NCBI GenBank assembly: GCA_964386385.1
Contig: CAYLRN010000007.1
Location: forward strand, 54,374 to 118,373
DNA length: 64,000 bases
Reading direction: 5' to 3'
From: an uncultured Lentisphaeraceae bacterium
GTDB taxonomy: Bacteria; Verrucomicrobiota; Kiritimatiellia; RFP12; UBA1067
Position 1 is the stretch's first letter. The number at the start of each line of letters is the position of its first letter. The notes beneath the pieces are model-generated. The model was not told the origin of the DNA, searched no databases, and saw only the letters and a program-made list of their open reading frames with translations. A program made the position numbers and the translations under genes. Positions 1 to 9,541 of this stretch are shown piece by piece.

Positions 1-5
1 GCATC

Positions 6-1235
6 ATGTGCTTTCCGTCGTTTGAGGCGCTCGTCGGATGGGTTCGCGGGTCGCTTGCCACGGCGAACGGCTACAACCTCTGCATGACGGCGGACAAGTC
101 GTGGACGGAGCTTGCCCTTCCGTTCGCCGTTCTCATTTCCCTGCTGGCCGCAGTCGCCGTGCGGCGCGGATTCTCTTTGCGAGACCTCGTCTTGCCGTTT
201 CTCTTCTCGCCGTTCCTCTTCTGCGCGACGAAGTACGCGCTTGTCCGGCAGACGGTCCTTCCGCTCATGTACGGCTCGACCGCGCTCCTGGCCCTGGCGA
301 CGGCGCGGCGGCGGGCGTTGGCGCGGCGGGTGGCCGTCCTTTCCTGCATCTTCATCGTCGCCGGATTCGGCCTCACCGTCCCGTGGATGGCATCGGGGCT
401 GTGGGACGGCGATTTCGCGTTCGGACTGAATCCGCGCGGCGTCGTGAGGTCCGCCATGCTTGGGCGCTGCGTCGAACGGGCCGCCGGCGAGACGGACCGG
501 GCGGTGCGCGAAAGGGCGGACGTCCCGCCGGCGTGGCGCGAGACGGTCGGGAAGGGGAGCGTTCTGTTCGTTCCCTACGAGATGGGCCCCGCCATGGCGT
601 CGGACACGAAGTTCAAGACCGTCTGGCTGCCGTCCGTGCAGCTCTATTCCGCCTGCCATCCATATCTCGACGGACTCAACGCCGCCCTTCTGAAAGGCTG
701 CCGGTCGCCGGAGTGGATTGTGTGCGGACTTGACGCGGCGTGGAGCGGACACCTTCTCGACTATCCGCAGTTCTGGGGCGAGGTTCTTCGGAGATACGAA
801 TTCGCCGATGCAGATTCGAAGTTCGCGCTGCTGCGCAGACGCGAGACGCCGCTTCCGCCCGCGCGCCGCGCCCCCGCCGCAAGGACGCTTCGCGTCAAGG
901 CGGGGGAGTGGCTTGACTGCTCCTCTCTCGCCGGGGCGGACGTCGCCATTGGCTGGCCGCGAACGTCCCTTGGCCGCTTCTGCGCGACGTTTCTGCGCAC
1001 GGCCTCGGCGTACGTCGTCGTGCGGTACGACGACGGCGTCGAGGCGCGCATCCGCCTTCTGCCGGAGAACGCCGCCGCCGCGGCGTTTCCGCTTGACATG
1101 GTCGTCTCCGACGCCGCCGACCTTCTGGCGGCGCTGAAGGGAACGCAGCGGCATCGTCCTTCCGCCCTGCGCTTCGAGGCGTCCTCTCCATCGCATTTCG
1201 CGCCGGAGGCGATTGTGCGGCTGATGGGCGAGTGA
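6..1235 (+). CDS. hypothetical membrane protein, probably the C-terminal part of a gene that begins upstream of the window
   Basis: Only ORF in the region with a non-degenerate amino-acid composition (W/Y/F/K/D present). The N-terminal third has several hydrophobic helices. The other frames are Arg/Ala/Pro-rich high-GC artefacts. No start-codon context at position 6. Confidence 0.35.
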   Translation: MCFPSFEALVGWVRGSLATANGYNLCMTADKSWTELALPFAVLISLLAAVAVRRGFSLRDLVLPFLFSPFLFCATKYALVRQTVLPLMYGSTALLALATARRRALARRVAVLSCIFIVAGFGLTVPWMASGLWDGDFAFGLNPRGVVRSAMLGRCVERAAGETDRAVRERADVPPAWRETVGKGSVLFVPYEMGPAMASDTKFKTVWLPSVQLYSACHPYLDGLNAALLKGCRSPEWIVCGLDAAWSGHLLDYPQFWGEVLRRYEFADADSKFALLRRRETPLPPARRAPAARTLRVKAGEWLDCSSLAGADVAIGWPRTSLGRFCATFLRTASAYVVVRYDDGVEARIRLLPENAAAAAFPLDMVVSDAADLLAALKGTQRHRPSALRFEASSPSHFAPEAIVRLMGE

Positions 1236-1278
1236 CCATGCGTCTTTCGGGATGATGCGTGTCATCACGCGCCGCCGC

Positions 1279-1693
1279 GGGCGAACGGCGCGACGGGACG
1301 TCGTGCCCTACCGGGGACGGCCGTTCAATTGCCCTTTCAATCGCGACGGCGCGTGGGGACACGCGCCCTCCCCGTGAAAAGGCATGACGGTAGGGCGCGA
1401 CGTCTCGTCGCGCCGCCGTGGGCGGTTGCTTTCGCTTCGTGGAGTTTTGGAGGCTTGGAGTTCTTCGTCTCCCGATTTCCGAAACTCCCAGTGGCGAAAG
1501 CAACGAGACGAGGGGATTTTTGTCTCACGCGGTGCCGCTGGCGGGACGTCGCGCCCTACCGAATTGGCCCTTCAACCGCCTTTTCCCCCGCAGCGGCGGA
1601 CGAGGACGTCCGCCCTCCCGATGAAAAGGCATGACGGTAGGGCGGGGCTTCCGCCCCGCCGCGTTGGCGGACGCGCAGGAGCGCGTCCCTCCC
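1279..1693. repeat. tandem block (~237-bp period, about 1.7 copies) of composite REP-like units built from three modules: X = GGCGCGACGGGACGTCGCGCCCTACC, Y = GGTAGGGCGCGACGTCTCGTCGCGCC, Z = an 80-nt long hairpin
   Basis: Modules X and Y recur with a 237-bp offset (X near 1290 and 1527; Y near 1375 and 1612). The same Z-X-Y unit recurs at 3089-3346. The palindromes GGCGCGACG-TCT-CGTCGCGCC, GGCGGGGC-TTCC-GCCCCGCC and GGACGCGC-AGGA-GCGCGTCC are read directly from the sequence. Confidence 0.6.
1435..1536 (+). other. long imperfect hairpin (module Z: GTTGCTTTCGC...GCGAAAGCAAC, 11-bp closing stem with a nested GGAGTTT/AAACTCC stem) followed by a short hairpin GAGACGAGGGGATTTTTGTCTC; a structured element or small RNA candidate
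   Basis: Inverted repeats seen directly. A second copy at 3089-3190 keeps the pairing and has compensating changes (GATT to AAAC inside the loop region). Confidence 0.4.
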
Positions 1694-1784
1694 ACAGGGG
1701 AATGATTTTTCGTGTCCGCGCAGATGGTGTTCGCGTCCTTTTGTGCTTACCCCATAGAGCCTCTCCAACCGTCCGCATCCTTCT

Positions 1785-2045
1785 TCGTCCGCACCGTAAT
1801 CTCATTCGTTCGTCCTCTGCGGGAAGTGTTGCGCAATCGTTCGCTACCGCACCGTCGTCCAATCCAATCATTTGATTGCATGCCTACTAGATGCCATTTT
1901 GGGAAGTTCAATGGCAGACTGCAATGATGGAGGCAGGATTCCACCACCCACGGATTTTTATAAGTCCGTGGGTGGTTTTAGTGCGGAGAATGGAGAATGA
2001 GGTCTTCCCTTCGTAAGATTATGATGCGGACGAAATTGCTGGCGT
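1785..2045. mobile_element. MITE-like low-GC element with degenerate terminal inverted repeats (TCGTCCGCACCGTAATCTCAT ... TAAGATTATGATGCGGACGAA)
   Basis: The left arm matches the perfect inverted-repeat element at 2120-2194, and the right arm is a diverged copy. GC content drops sharply inside. No transposase ORF. Confidence 0.35.
1944..1979 (+). terminator. rho-independent terminator-like hairpin CCACCCACGGA-(loop)-TCCGTGGGTGG followed by TTTTA
   Basis: 11-bp perfect stem followed by a T-run, located inside the MITE-like element. No nearby upstream gene, so its function is uncertain. Confidence 0.3.
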
Positions 2046-2119
2046 TGAGGTCGGAGGCTGTTTCTGTTTCATGGTGAAATCGGAGACGCGGAGAAAAGAA
2101 CTCGTTTCGCAGATTGATT

Positions 2120-2194
2120 TCGTCCGCACCGTAATCTCATGAATGCCGCTTCGCCGTCCTCCCTTCTTGTGTCATGAGATTACGGTGCGGACGA
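2120..2194. mobile_element. 75-bp element with perfect 23-bp terminal inverted repeats (TCGTCCGCACCGTAATCTCATGA / TCATGAGATTACGGTGCGGACGA)
   Basis: Perfect inverted repeat read directly; same arm sequence as the element at 1785-2045. Typical miniature inverted-repeat architecture. Confidence 0.4.
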
Positions 2195-2376
2195 ATTGCT
2201 AAACTCTTCAAAATGCCGCCTTGACAGGGCAAAAGAGAAAATGCTACACTAGCCGCGTTTCATGTTCGGAAAGGCTCTGTTCGGGGATGGGGAGCGATTG
2301 CCCGAAAGGGACGTTTTCGCCGTCTGGGGCGGGACTTTTGGGCAAGGCGATTTCAAGATTCAAGGGAAAGAGCAAA

Positions 2377-3078
2377 ATGGGCATTTGGGAAGTCTTTATG
2401 TCCTTGATTTCAAGATGCAGAAAGTCGTTGCAGGCGACTGCTGCCGAGATTGACGGACGGACGTGGTCGTACTCCGTCAGCTCGAGTACGGCGTCCATAA
2501 CTCGCGTCTTGCCGGGCGATGGGGAGGTCAATATACCATCAGAAGTAAATGGATACAAGGTGACGAGAATCGAATCGTCTGCGTTCCGTGGCTGTGGCGG
2601 TCTCAAGTCGGTGACTATCCCTTCGAGCGTGACGAGCATCGACAAGAAGGCGTTTCAAGCCTGTAGCGGCATAAAGTCGTTTTCAGTCGCGCACGACAAT
2701 CCGATATATTCCTCCGCCAACGGGTTGCTTTTGACAAAAGACGGTACGGAGTTGATCGCCGGCGTGAACGGTGACGTGCAAATCCCCTCGGGCGTGACGA
2801 GCATCGGCGAGCGTGCGTTCTACGACTGCATCAGCCTGACGAGCGTGACGATCCCTTCGGACGTGGCGAGCATCGGCGAGTATGCGTTCTACGGCTGCAT
2901 CAGCCTGACGAGCGTGACGATCCTGGGGAATGCGCCGGACATCGCAGACAGCATCCTGATTCCGTCGGACGCCGTGGTGTACGTCATGCGTGGGGCGACA
3001 GGGTGGGATGTGCAGATTCCAGGTACATGGAAGGGATGTCGTATCGAGCATATCTCCCGAGCGGACGCCCTGGGCTGA
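2377..3078 (+). CDS. BspA-type leucine-rich-repeat (LRR_5) protein, short and possibly a truncated fragment
   Basis: Repeated ~23-aa units IPSSVTSIGEYAFYGCISLTSVTIP are typical of BspA-like LRR surface proteins. No signal peptide and only 234 aa (BspA proteins are usually long and secreted). Low GC (about 50%). The ORF starts at 2221, but ATG 2377 has an AAGGGAAAG ribosome-binding site. Confidence 0.5.
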   Translation: MGIWEVFMSLISRCRKSLQATAAEIDGRTWSYSVSSSTASITRVLPGDGEVNIPSEVNGYKVTRIESSAFRGCGGLKSVTIPSSVTSIDKKAFQACSGIKSFSVAHDNPIYSSANGLLLTKDGTELIAGVNGDVQIPSGVTSIGERAFYDCISLTSVTIPSDVASIGEYAFYGCISLTSVTILGNAPDIADSILIPSDAVVYVMRGATGWDVQIPGTWKGCRIEHISRADALG

Positions 3079-3088
3079 CAATGAGTAC

Positions 3089-3346
3089 TGCTTTCGCTGT
3101 GTGGAGTTTTGGAGGCTTGGATCTCTTCGTCTCCCAAACTCCGAAACTCCCGGTGGCGAAAGCAACGGGGCGAGGGGATTTTTGTCTCACGCGCCGCTGC
3201 GGGCGAACGGCGCGACGGGACGTCGCGCCCTACCGAATTGGCCCTTCAACCGCCTTTTCCCCCGCAGCGGCGGACGAGGACGTCCGCCCTCCCGATGAAA
3301 AGGCACGATGGCAGGGCGCGACGTCTCGTCGCGCCGCCGTGGGCGA
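3089..3346. repeat. single composite REP-like unit (Z hairpin, X, Y); a direct repeat of the block at 1279-1693
   Basis: About 90% identity to 1435-1650 over roughly 230 bp, with the module order conserved. Confidence 0.6.
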
Positions 3347-3523
3347 TCATGTGGTTGATGGCGAATGGCCATGCGCCTCCCGATGAGACTGGCATCAGAC
3401 GTTTAACCGCCTTATCTCCCAAAGCATGAGGGCGGACGATGCCGTCCGCCCTCATGGAACTCAATCACTTGACTGCTTAACCGCCTAACAGTTTTTCCAG
3501 ACGTTCGCGCCTGGAAAAACTGT

Positions 3524-4804
3524 CTATTCTGCGCGCTTCGTGACGCGCGACCCGATCAGCGCGTAGAAGAGCACGTAGGCGAAGAGTCCGATCGTGAGCC
3601 AGTAGCTGTTGAGGAAGCCGACCTTGTCCGCAATCATGCCTTGAACGGGAAGCATCAGTCCGCCGACGACCATCGTCATGAAGATGCCGGAGCCCATCGG
3701 CACGTACTTGCCAAGGCCTTCGGCCGCCATGTTGAAGATTCCGCCCCACATCACGGACGTGCAGAGGCCGCCCAGCACCATGGCGCACATCGCAAGCGGG
3801 AACTCCTTGCCGAACACCGACACCATCTTGACCGGCATGTACATCGTCGCAAGCATGAGGCCGATGCCGAGGATTGAGCAGACGGTGATCATCACGCGGG
3901 AGGAGATCTTCGCGCCGAGGGCGCTGCCGGCAAGGCGGCCCAGCATCATGCAGAACCAGTAGGCTCCGCACACGCTGCCGGCCACGACCGGGCCGACGTA
4001 CGCCGGGTTCGCAACGTCGCCGATCTTCTCCGCGTTCATGTAGAGCATGGCCATGTTCGGGATGCCGCTCTCGATCGTGATGTACATGAAAATCGCAAGG
4101 GCTCCGAGCGAGAAGTGGCGGAAGGAAAGCGTCTTGGCGATGTCGCCGAAGACCGACGTGCGGTTCGCGCGCTCCTCGGCCGTCTCAAGGTGCGGTTCGG
4201 GAATTGCCGAGAAGGCGATCACGACGAACGCAATCGCGAAGATCGCCATCGCGATGGCAAGCGCCGGGACGGCGTCGGCCACTTTCGCCTTGGCGACTTC
4301 GCCGCCGACAAGGTAGCCGAGAATCATCGGGGAGAGCGTGGCGCCGATCGAGTTGAGCGAGCAGCCGCACTGGACGAGCTGGTTGCCCTTGTTGCCGCCG
4401 CCGCCGAGCGTGTTCAGAAGCGGGTTCACGACGAGGTTCAGAAGGCACATCGAGAGGCCCGCCACGAACGCGCCCGTGACGTAGACGTTGAACGCGCTGC
4501 CCTTGTTGCAGTAGGCCGAGACCAGCTGGATGCCGACGCCCGCGAAGCCGACGGCCGCCGCGAGGAGCGACGTGAACTTGTAGCCCTTGCGCTTCAGGAT
4601 GAGGCCGCCGGGGATGCCCATGAAGAAGTAGGCGAAGAAGTTCGCGGCGGAGCCCAGCTGCGAGGCGGTGTTCGACGCGCCGAACTGGCTCTTGAGGATC
4701 GGGCCCATCGCGCCGGCGAAGTTCGTCACGAACGCGATCATGAAGAATAGGGCGAAGCACACGCCGATGGCGAGTGCGCTGCCCTTGGATTTGCTGTCAG
4801 ACAT
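3524..4804 (-). CDS. MFS sugar transporter of the FucP/GluP (glucose/galactose or fucose permease) family
   Basis: 426 aa with 12 predicted TM helices and a composition and length typical of FucP-family permeases. Lies directly downstream of galK on the same strand (76-bp gap). ATG has an AAGAAAGG ribosome-binding site. Confidence 0.8.
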   Translation of the reverse strand: MSDSKSKGSALAIGVCFALFFMIAFVTNFAGAMGPILKSQFGASNTASQLGSAANFFAYFFMGIPGGLILKRKGYKFTSLLAAAVGFAGVGIQLVSAYCNKGSAFNVYVTGAFVAGLSMCLLNLVVNPLLNTLGGGGNKGNQLVQCGCSLNSIGATLSPMILGYLVGGEVAKAKVADAVPALAIAMAIFAIAFVVIAFSAIPEPHLETAEERANRTSVFGDIAKTLSFRHFSLGALAIFMYITIESGIPNMAMLYMNAEKIGDVANPAYVGPVVAGSVCGAYWFCMMLGRLAGSALGAKISSRVMITVCSILGIGLMLATMYMPVKMVSVFGKEFPLAMCAMVLGGLCTSVMWGGIFNMAAEGLGKYVPMGSGIFMTMVVGGLMLPVQGMIADKVGFLNSYWLTIGLFAYVLFYALIGSRVTKRAE

Positions 4805-4879
4805 TGAATTGGCCTTTCTTGTCGTTTGAGGATGATGTCGTGTCTTGTCGTCTTGTCAAAATGGTGATGCCGCTCGGCC

Positions 4880-6052
4880 TCACACGAGGTGCGCGCCCGC
4901 GCTGGGCTTGATCAGCGCACAGATGGGCTCGTCGCCGTAGACGGTCTTGTAGGCCGCCTTGATCTGCGCGGAGATCTTGTCCGCCGCCTCCGGCTTGACG
5001 AGCAGGCAGCAGCTGCCGCCGAAGCCGCCGCCGGAGAGGCGGGCGCCGAGCACTTCGGGAATCGCCTTGGCGGCGTCGACGATCGTGTCGAGCTCCGCGC
5101 AGGAGTTCTCGAACCAGCTGCGGCTCGACTCGTGCGAATCGAACATGAGCGAGCCGAATGCGGCCAGGTCGCCCTTCGCCAGGAGTTCCGCGCCCATGAG
5201 GACGCGCTCGTCCTCGCCGATCGGGTGGATGGCTCGCTTGGCGGTCGTCTCCGGAAGTCCGCCGCGGTAGAGAATCCACTCAGCGCACGTGACGTCGCGA
5301 AGGTGGGTGACCGGGTGCTTCAAGACGCCGGCGAAGTACTTGGCAGCGTCCTCGCAGGCCTGACGGCGGCTTGCGTAGGCTCCGTCCACGAGCGCGTGTT
5401 TCGCGTTGGACTTGACCATCATGAACGCGACGGACGGGCCGAGGTCCACGTTCTCGAACTGGCAGTGGCGGAAGTCGCTCTTGACGAGCGCTCCCTCCTT
5501 GCCGTAGAGGGACGAGGCCTGGTCGAGGAGGCCGCACGGGCAGCCGGCGAACGTGTGCTCGGACTTCTGGCCGATCTTGGCGAGCGTCGTCCTGTCCTTC
5601 TCGATTCCGTAGACCTTGCAGAGCGCCAGGGCGGTACACATTTCAAGCGCGGCGGACGACGAGAGCCCGGCGCCGAGGGGGATGTTCCCCAGGAACATTC
5701 CCTTCCATCCGTGCTTCGCGGCGGCGGGATTGCCGTCGAAGAGCCAGTTGAACGTGCCGGTGGCATAGTTCTGCCACGTCATCTCCTTGGCCGGCTTCAC
5801 GTCGGCGATGTCGAATTCGACCGTCTCCATCAGGTCGCCGGCCGTCAGCGAACACGAGGCGTCCGCCGTCGGGGCGATGGCGAAGAACGTCCCCTTGTCG
5901 ATGGCCGCCGAGAAGACGTAGCCCTCGTTGTAGTCGGTGTGGTTGCCCAAGACCTCGATGCGGCCGGGTGCGTAGGCGACAGCCGCCGGCTTCATCCCGT
6001 ACTTCTTCTCGAACTTTGCGACCAACTCGTCGTAGACTTCCTGGTTCTGCAT
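4880..6052 (-). CDS. galK: galactokinase
   Basis: GHMP-kinase motifs PGRIEVLGNHTDYNEG and GAGLSSSAALE; C-terminal GGGFGGSCCLL. Start placed at MQNQEVY, which has an AAAGGAG ribosome-binding site (the ORF extends 28 codons further upstream). Confidence 0.9.
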   Translation of the reverse strand: MQNQEVYDELVAKFEKKYGMKPAAVAYAPGRIEVLGNHTDYNEGYVFSAAIDKGTFFAIAPTADASCSLTAGDLMETVEFDIADVKPAKEMTWQNYATGTFNWLFDGNPAAAKHGWKGMFLGNIPLGAGLSSSAALEMCTALALCKVYGIEKDRTTLAKIGQKSEHTFAGCPCGLLDQASSLYGKEGALVKSDFRHCQFENVDLGPSVAFMMVKSNAKHALVDGAYASRRQACEDAAKYFAGVLKHPVTHLRDVTCAEWILYRGGLPETTAKRAIHPIGEDERVLMGAELLAKGDLAAFGSLMFDSHESSRSWFENSCAELDTIVDAAKAIPEVLGARLSGGGFGGSCCLLVKPEAADKISAQIKAAYKTVYGDEPICALIKPSAGAHLV

Positions 6053-6171
6053 GGAAACTCCTTTTACGAACTTGACGCCTTGATTATCCATTATATCGCC
6101 ACGAAAGTCAAGAGGGCAAAATCGGAGTCGGCGCAAATACAGGACATCCCGGACGTGCTATAATTTCGCGC

Positions 6172-7719
6172 ATGAAAATTCCAGGCAATCCGCTTTTCAC
6201 GCGCAGGGGCCGCCGTCTCGGAACGGCGGCCGGCTGCGTGGCGCTGGCGTGCTGCTGCGCCGCGACGGCGCAGGGCTCGCAGTCCGTCGAAACGAACGCC
6301 CTCGTGGAGGCCGACGGCGGCGGCCTTTCCTTCGACGCCGGCGCGGACTTCCGCCTCCGGCAGGAGATGATGGACAACATTCCCGGCAACCCCGGCAACC
6401 CCTACGCCGTCAGCACGGCAAGGCGCGGAAAGAACACCAACCAGTTCCGCATCCGCCCCCGCGTCTGGTTCGAGGTCGAGGGCGGCCCCTTCCGCCTCTA
6501 CACCCGCGTTGGCGACGAGTTCCGCGAATACGCCGTCAAGAACGGAAAGAAGCGCAAGGACCGCAGCTACACGTTCCCCGACGAGGTCTATCTCGACAAC
6601 CTCTACCTTGAGGGGAAGGGCCTCACGGCGGAATGGCTGGAGTCGATCGGCGTGGAGTCGTTCGACTTCCGCGCCGGGCGGCAGGACATGATGGAGGTCG
6701 TCGACGGCGGCCTTCACGGGCTCTACGGCCTTGACAGGCTTCTCGGCGACGGCACTCCGCTGGACGGCTCGCGCACGATCTTCACCGACATGGTCCGCGC
6801 CCGCCTCAACTTCAGCGAAGTCCGCCGGCTGGACGCCTTCTTCCTCTACGACAACGGCCGCAACAACCTCCGCTGGGGCAACCGCCAGAGCCGAGGCCGC
6901 GCGATGAACCCGGTAAACATGGCCGACGACAACCAGATGGACGAATGGGGCGGCGGCCTCGTCTATTCCGACGCCGCGTTCGACAAGCACATGCCGTTCG
7001 AGGTCTACACCATCTTCAAGCGCAACGAGGAATACCACGCCACCGTCCTCGGCCGCGACATGCCCGCCAAGGAGCTCACCACCGTCGGCGCGATGGTCAA
7101 GCCCCGCTTCGACGACCACTGGGGCATGACGCTTGAGGGCGCCAAGCAGTTCGGGCGCATCCTCGACGGCAACAAGCAGGCCGGCGGACACATGGGCTAC
7201 CTGGAGGTCGACTACCGCGCCGACTTCCTCAGGGAGTACAAGCCCGTCATCTCCTGGTGCAACACGTACTACTCCGGCGACAGGCATCACGATTCCGACG
7301 GGCACGACAACGACACCGCCTGGGACCCCCTCTGGGCGCGCCACTGCCGCGAAAGCGAAATGCTCGTCTACGGCAACCTCTACGGCAACTGCTACTGGTC
7401 CAACATGCTCTACACGTATCCGAAGTTCACCATGACCTTCGGCCGCCACCACGGACTCTACGCATACTCCGGCCCAATGTTCGCCGTCGTCCAGGACCGC
7501 ATGGGACACGACGACGGCGCCGGGCGCTCCATGTACAAGGGCTGGCTCTCCGCCGCGCGCTACGACTTCCCGATAAAACTCGCCCCGAAGAACGCCGCCG
7601 GATGCGACAGGATCGAGCTCTTCGGACACGTAGTCGCCGAGGTGTTCAACCCCGGCGACTACTTCTCAAGCTCCAAGCCGGCCTATTTCGCCCGCTGGCA
7701 GCTCGACTTCAAGTTCTGA
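6172..7719 (+). CDS. putative outer-membrane beta-barrel (porin/alginate-export-like) protein
   Basis: N-terminal signal peptide, Tyr/Asn/Asp/Gly-rich composition, and a C-terminal aromatic residue (…QLDFKF) typical of outer-membrane beta-barrels. Divergent from galK. Confidence 0.45.
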   Translation: MKIPGNPLFTRRGRRLGTAAGCVALACCCAATAQGSQSVETNALVEADGGGLSFDAGADFRLRQEMMDNIPGNPGNPYAVSTARRGKNTNQFRIRPRVWFEVEGGPFRLYTRVGDEFREYAVKNGKKRKDRSYTFPDEVYLDNLYLEGKGLTAEWLESIGVESFDFRAGRQDMMEVVDGGLHGLYGLDRLLGDGTPLDGSRTIFTDMVRARLNFSEVRRLDAFFLYDNGRNNLRWGNRQSRGRAMNPVNMADDNQMDEWGGGLVYSDAAFDKHMPFEVYTIFKRNEEYHATVLGRDMPAKELTTVGAMVKPRFDDHWGMTLEGAKQFGRILDGNKQAGGHMGYLEVDYRADFLREYKPVISWCNTYYSGDRHHDSDGHDNDTAWDPLWARHCRESEMLVYGNLYGNCYWSNMLYTYPKFTMTFGRHHGLYAYSGPMFAVVQDRMGHDDGAGRSMYKGWLSAARYDFPIKLAPKNAAGCDRIELFGHVVAEVFNPGDYFSSSKPAYFARWQLDFKF

Positions 7720-7720
7720 A

Positions 7721-9520
7721 CTACTTTGATACGCCGCGGTAGTTCATGAACTCCCAGATCCGGTCAAGCCACGTGTAGCTCCCCGTCCCCGGCGAGGCCT
7801 CGCGCTGGAAGCAGTGCGGCCTCTTCACGAGCGTGTGGAGCTCGCCCTGGATTCCCATCCGGCGAAGCTGCTCCCACGTCTTGACCGAGTTCATCGCCGC
7901 CCAGCCGTCCGCGTCGCCGTGGACGAAGAGGATCGGACAGGTGTCCAGGTCGAACGAGAACTCCGGCACGAGCCTCGCGTCGTCCTCGTTCCCGCCCTTC
8001 ACGTTCGGTCGCTCGCCGCCGTCCGTCAGCGCGTACGCGGGATAGATTGCGACCGCCCACTGCACCTTGCACGACTGCCTGTCGATGTCGTCGATTGGCC
8101 AGTAGGAGCGGTGGCGGGAGGACGTGGCGCCCATCAGCGTGAGGTGTCCGCCGGCGGACGAGCCCATGATGCCGATGCGGTCGGGGTCCAGCCCCTTCGC
8201 GGCGGCCTTGGACCTGACGATGCGGATTGCGCGCTGCAGGTCCTGCCATGCGGTCGTGTGCTTGGCAAGCCCCTTCGGGCGCGGAGTGCGGTAGCGCATC
8301 GTGACGACGGTCATGCCCTTCGCGTTCAGGTAGCGGCGCGCCGGCGCCACCTCGAAGCCGTCGGGGCCGTTGCCCATGTACGAGCCGCCGGAGTAGATGA
8401 TCTGGATGGCCGTCGTCCTGCGCTCCTTCGGGAAGTGCCATTCGATGTACGGCTGCACCTGCTCGGCCTGCGCGTCCGGCATCCTGCCCTTCGGCCAGAC
8501 GTCCTCCTTTTCATAGGCGGAGCGCGCCGAATTGTCGGGGAAGCGCATCATCAGGTCTTCCTCCGGGCCGAGGCGTCCGTCGTAGTCCATCTGCCGGATG
8601 AACTCCGCAACGCGGTTGAACCAGTGGTCGCAGCCGACCGCGTCGTCGCCCTTGTTCATGTCGCCGTGGAATCCGTGCGGACGGCCGGGGTAGACGTGGA
8701 CCTCGGCCGGGATCTTCATGCGGCGGAGCTGGCGGTAGATCTGCGTGGAGCCGTTGGGGGAGATGACGTCAAGGCCGCCCTGGACGAAGCACATGGGACA
8801 CGTCTTCGCGTCGAACTTGAGCTCCGGCACGATCTTCACGTCCGGCGCGTCGCCGTCGCGCGAATTCGCGTCCGTCGCCCCGTCCGTCAGCACGTAGGCC
8901 GGCGCCTGCGGGACGGCGAAGAGAAGGCTGCAGGGAAGTTTGTCGATTTCGTCCACCGGCGCATAGGCGGGTGTCTGCGAACTCGTGGCGAGAAGGAGAA
9001 GCGTCTTCGCGCCTGCGGAGATGCCGGTGCCGCCGATCTTGTCCGGGGAGAACCCGCGCTTCGCCGCCTGCGAGCGGACGACGCGGACCGCGCGCTGCGC
9101 GTCCTCCCAGGCGGACTGGTGGATGGGCAGCCCATTCGGCCGCGGCGTCCGGTAGGTGAGGTTGGCGACCGTCGCGCCCATCTCCACGAACCGGTCGATG
9201 GCCGGCTGCAGGCGCTCCTCGTCGCAGCACGACATGAACCCGCCGCCGGAGATCACGAGGACGCAGAGGTCTGTCTTCTTCGCCGGATTCGGCGTGTACC
9301 ACTCGATGTATGGTCGGCGGAAGTCGTCCGCCTTGAACCCCGGCGCCTTGGCCTCCCGCGTCTTCGCGGCGATCTGGTGCGCCTGGACGTTCGGCATCCT
9401 GCCCTCCGGCCAGATGTATTCGCGTTCGCAGGGCTTTGCCGACGGATTGAGCGGACCGAACGACGCCTCCGCGGCGACGGCGGCGAACGCAACGGCGAAA
9501 AGGAAGATCTTTCCGATCAT
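7721..9520 (-). CDS. secreted tandem alpha/beta-hydrolase (two esterase/lipase domains fused)
   Basis: Signal peptide, then two homologous ~280-aa halves. Each half has a nucleophile elbow (GISAGAK and GSSAGGHL) and a conserved HGF/HCF motif. Confidence 0.7.
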   Translation of the reverse strand: MIGKIFLFAVAFAAVAAEASFGPLNPSAKPCEREYIWPEGRMPNVQAHQIAAKTREAKAPGFKADDFRRPYIEWYTPNPAKKTDLCVLVISGGGFMSCCDEERLQPAIDRFVEMGATVANLTYRTPRPNGLPIHQSAWEDAQRAVRVVRSQAAKRGFSPDKIGGTGISAGAKTLLLLATSSQTPAYAPVDEIDKLPCSLLFAVPQAPAYVLTDGATDANSRDGDAPDVKIVPELKFDAKTCPMCFVQGGLDVISPNGSTQIYRQLRRMKIPAEVHVYPGRPHGFHGDMNKGDDAVGCDHWFNRVAEFIRQMDYDGRLGPEEDLMMRFPDNSARSAYEKEDVWPKGRMPDAQAEQVQPYIEWHFPKERRTTAIQIIYSGGSYMGNGPDGFEVAPARRYLNAKGMTVVTMRYRTPRPKGLAKHTTAWQDLQRAIRIVRSKAAAKGLDPDRIGIMGSSAGGHLTLMGATSSRHRSYWPIDDIDRQSCKVQWAVAIYPAYALTDGGERPNVKGGNEDDARLVPEFSFDLDTCPILFVHGDADGWAAMNSVKTWEQLRRMGIQGELHTLVKRPHCFQREASPGTGSYTWLDRIWEFMNYRGVSK

Positions 9521-9541
9521 GTGATGTCTCCGTTTTTCTGT

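Noticed and set aside
6091-7629. Long antisense ORFs opposite real genes (for example 6091-7629-, 7814-10084+, 12570-14090-, 14502-16040-, 20313-22745-, 30169-32106-, 39832-41874+, 42444-45794-, 45764-48124-, 52120-54837+)
   Set aside because: Arg/Ala/Gly/Pro/Val-dominated translations with no motifs, typical of stop-codon-poor frames in DNA around 68% GC. The opposite-strand genes have signal peptides, catalytic motifs and normal composition.
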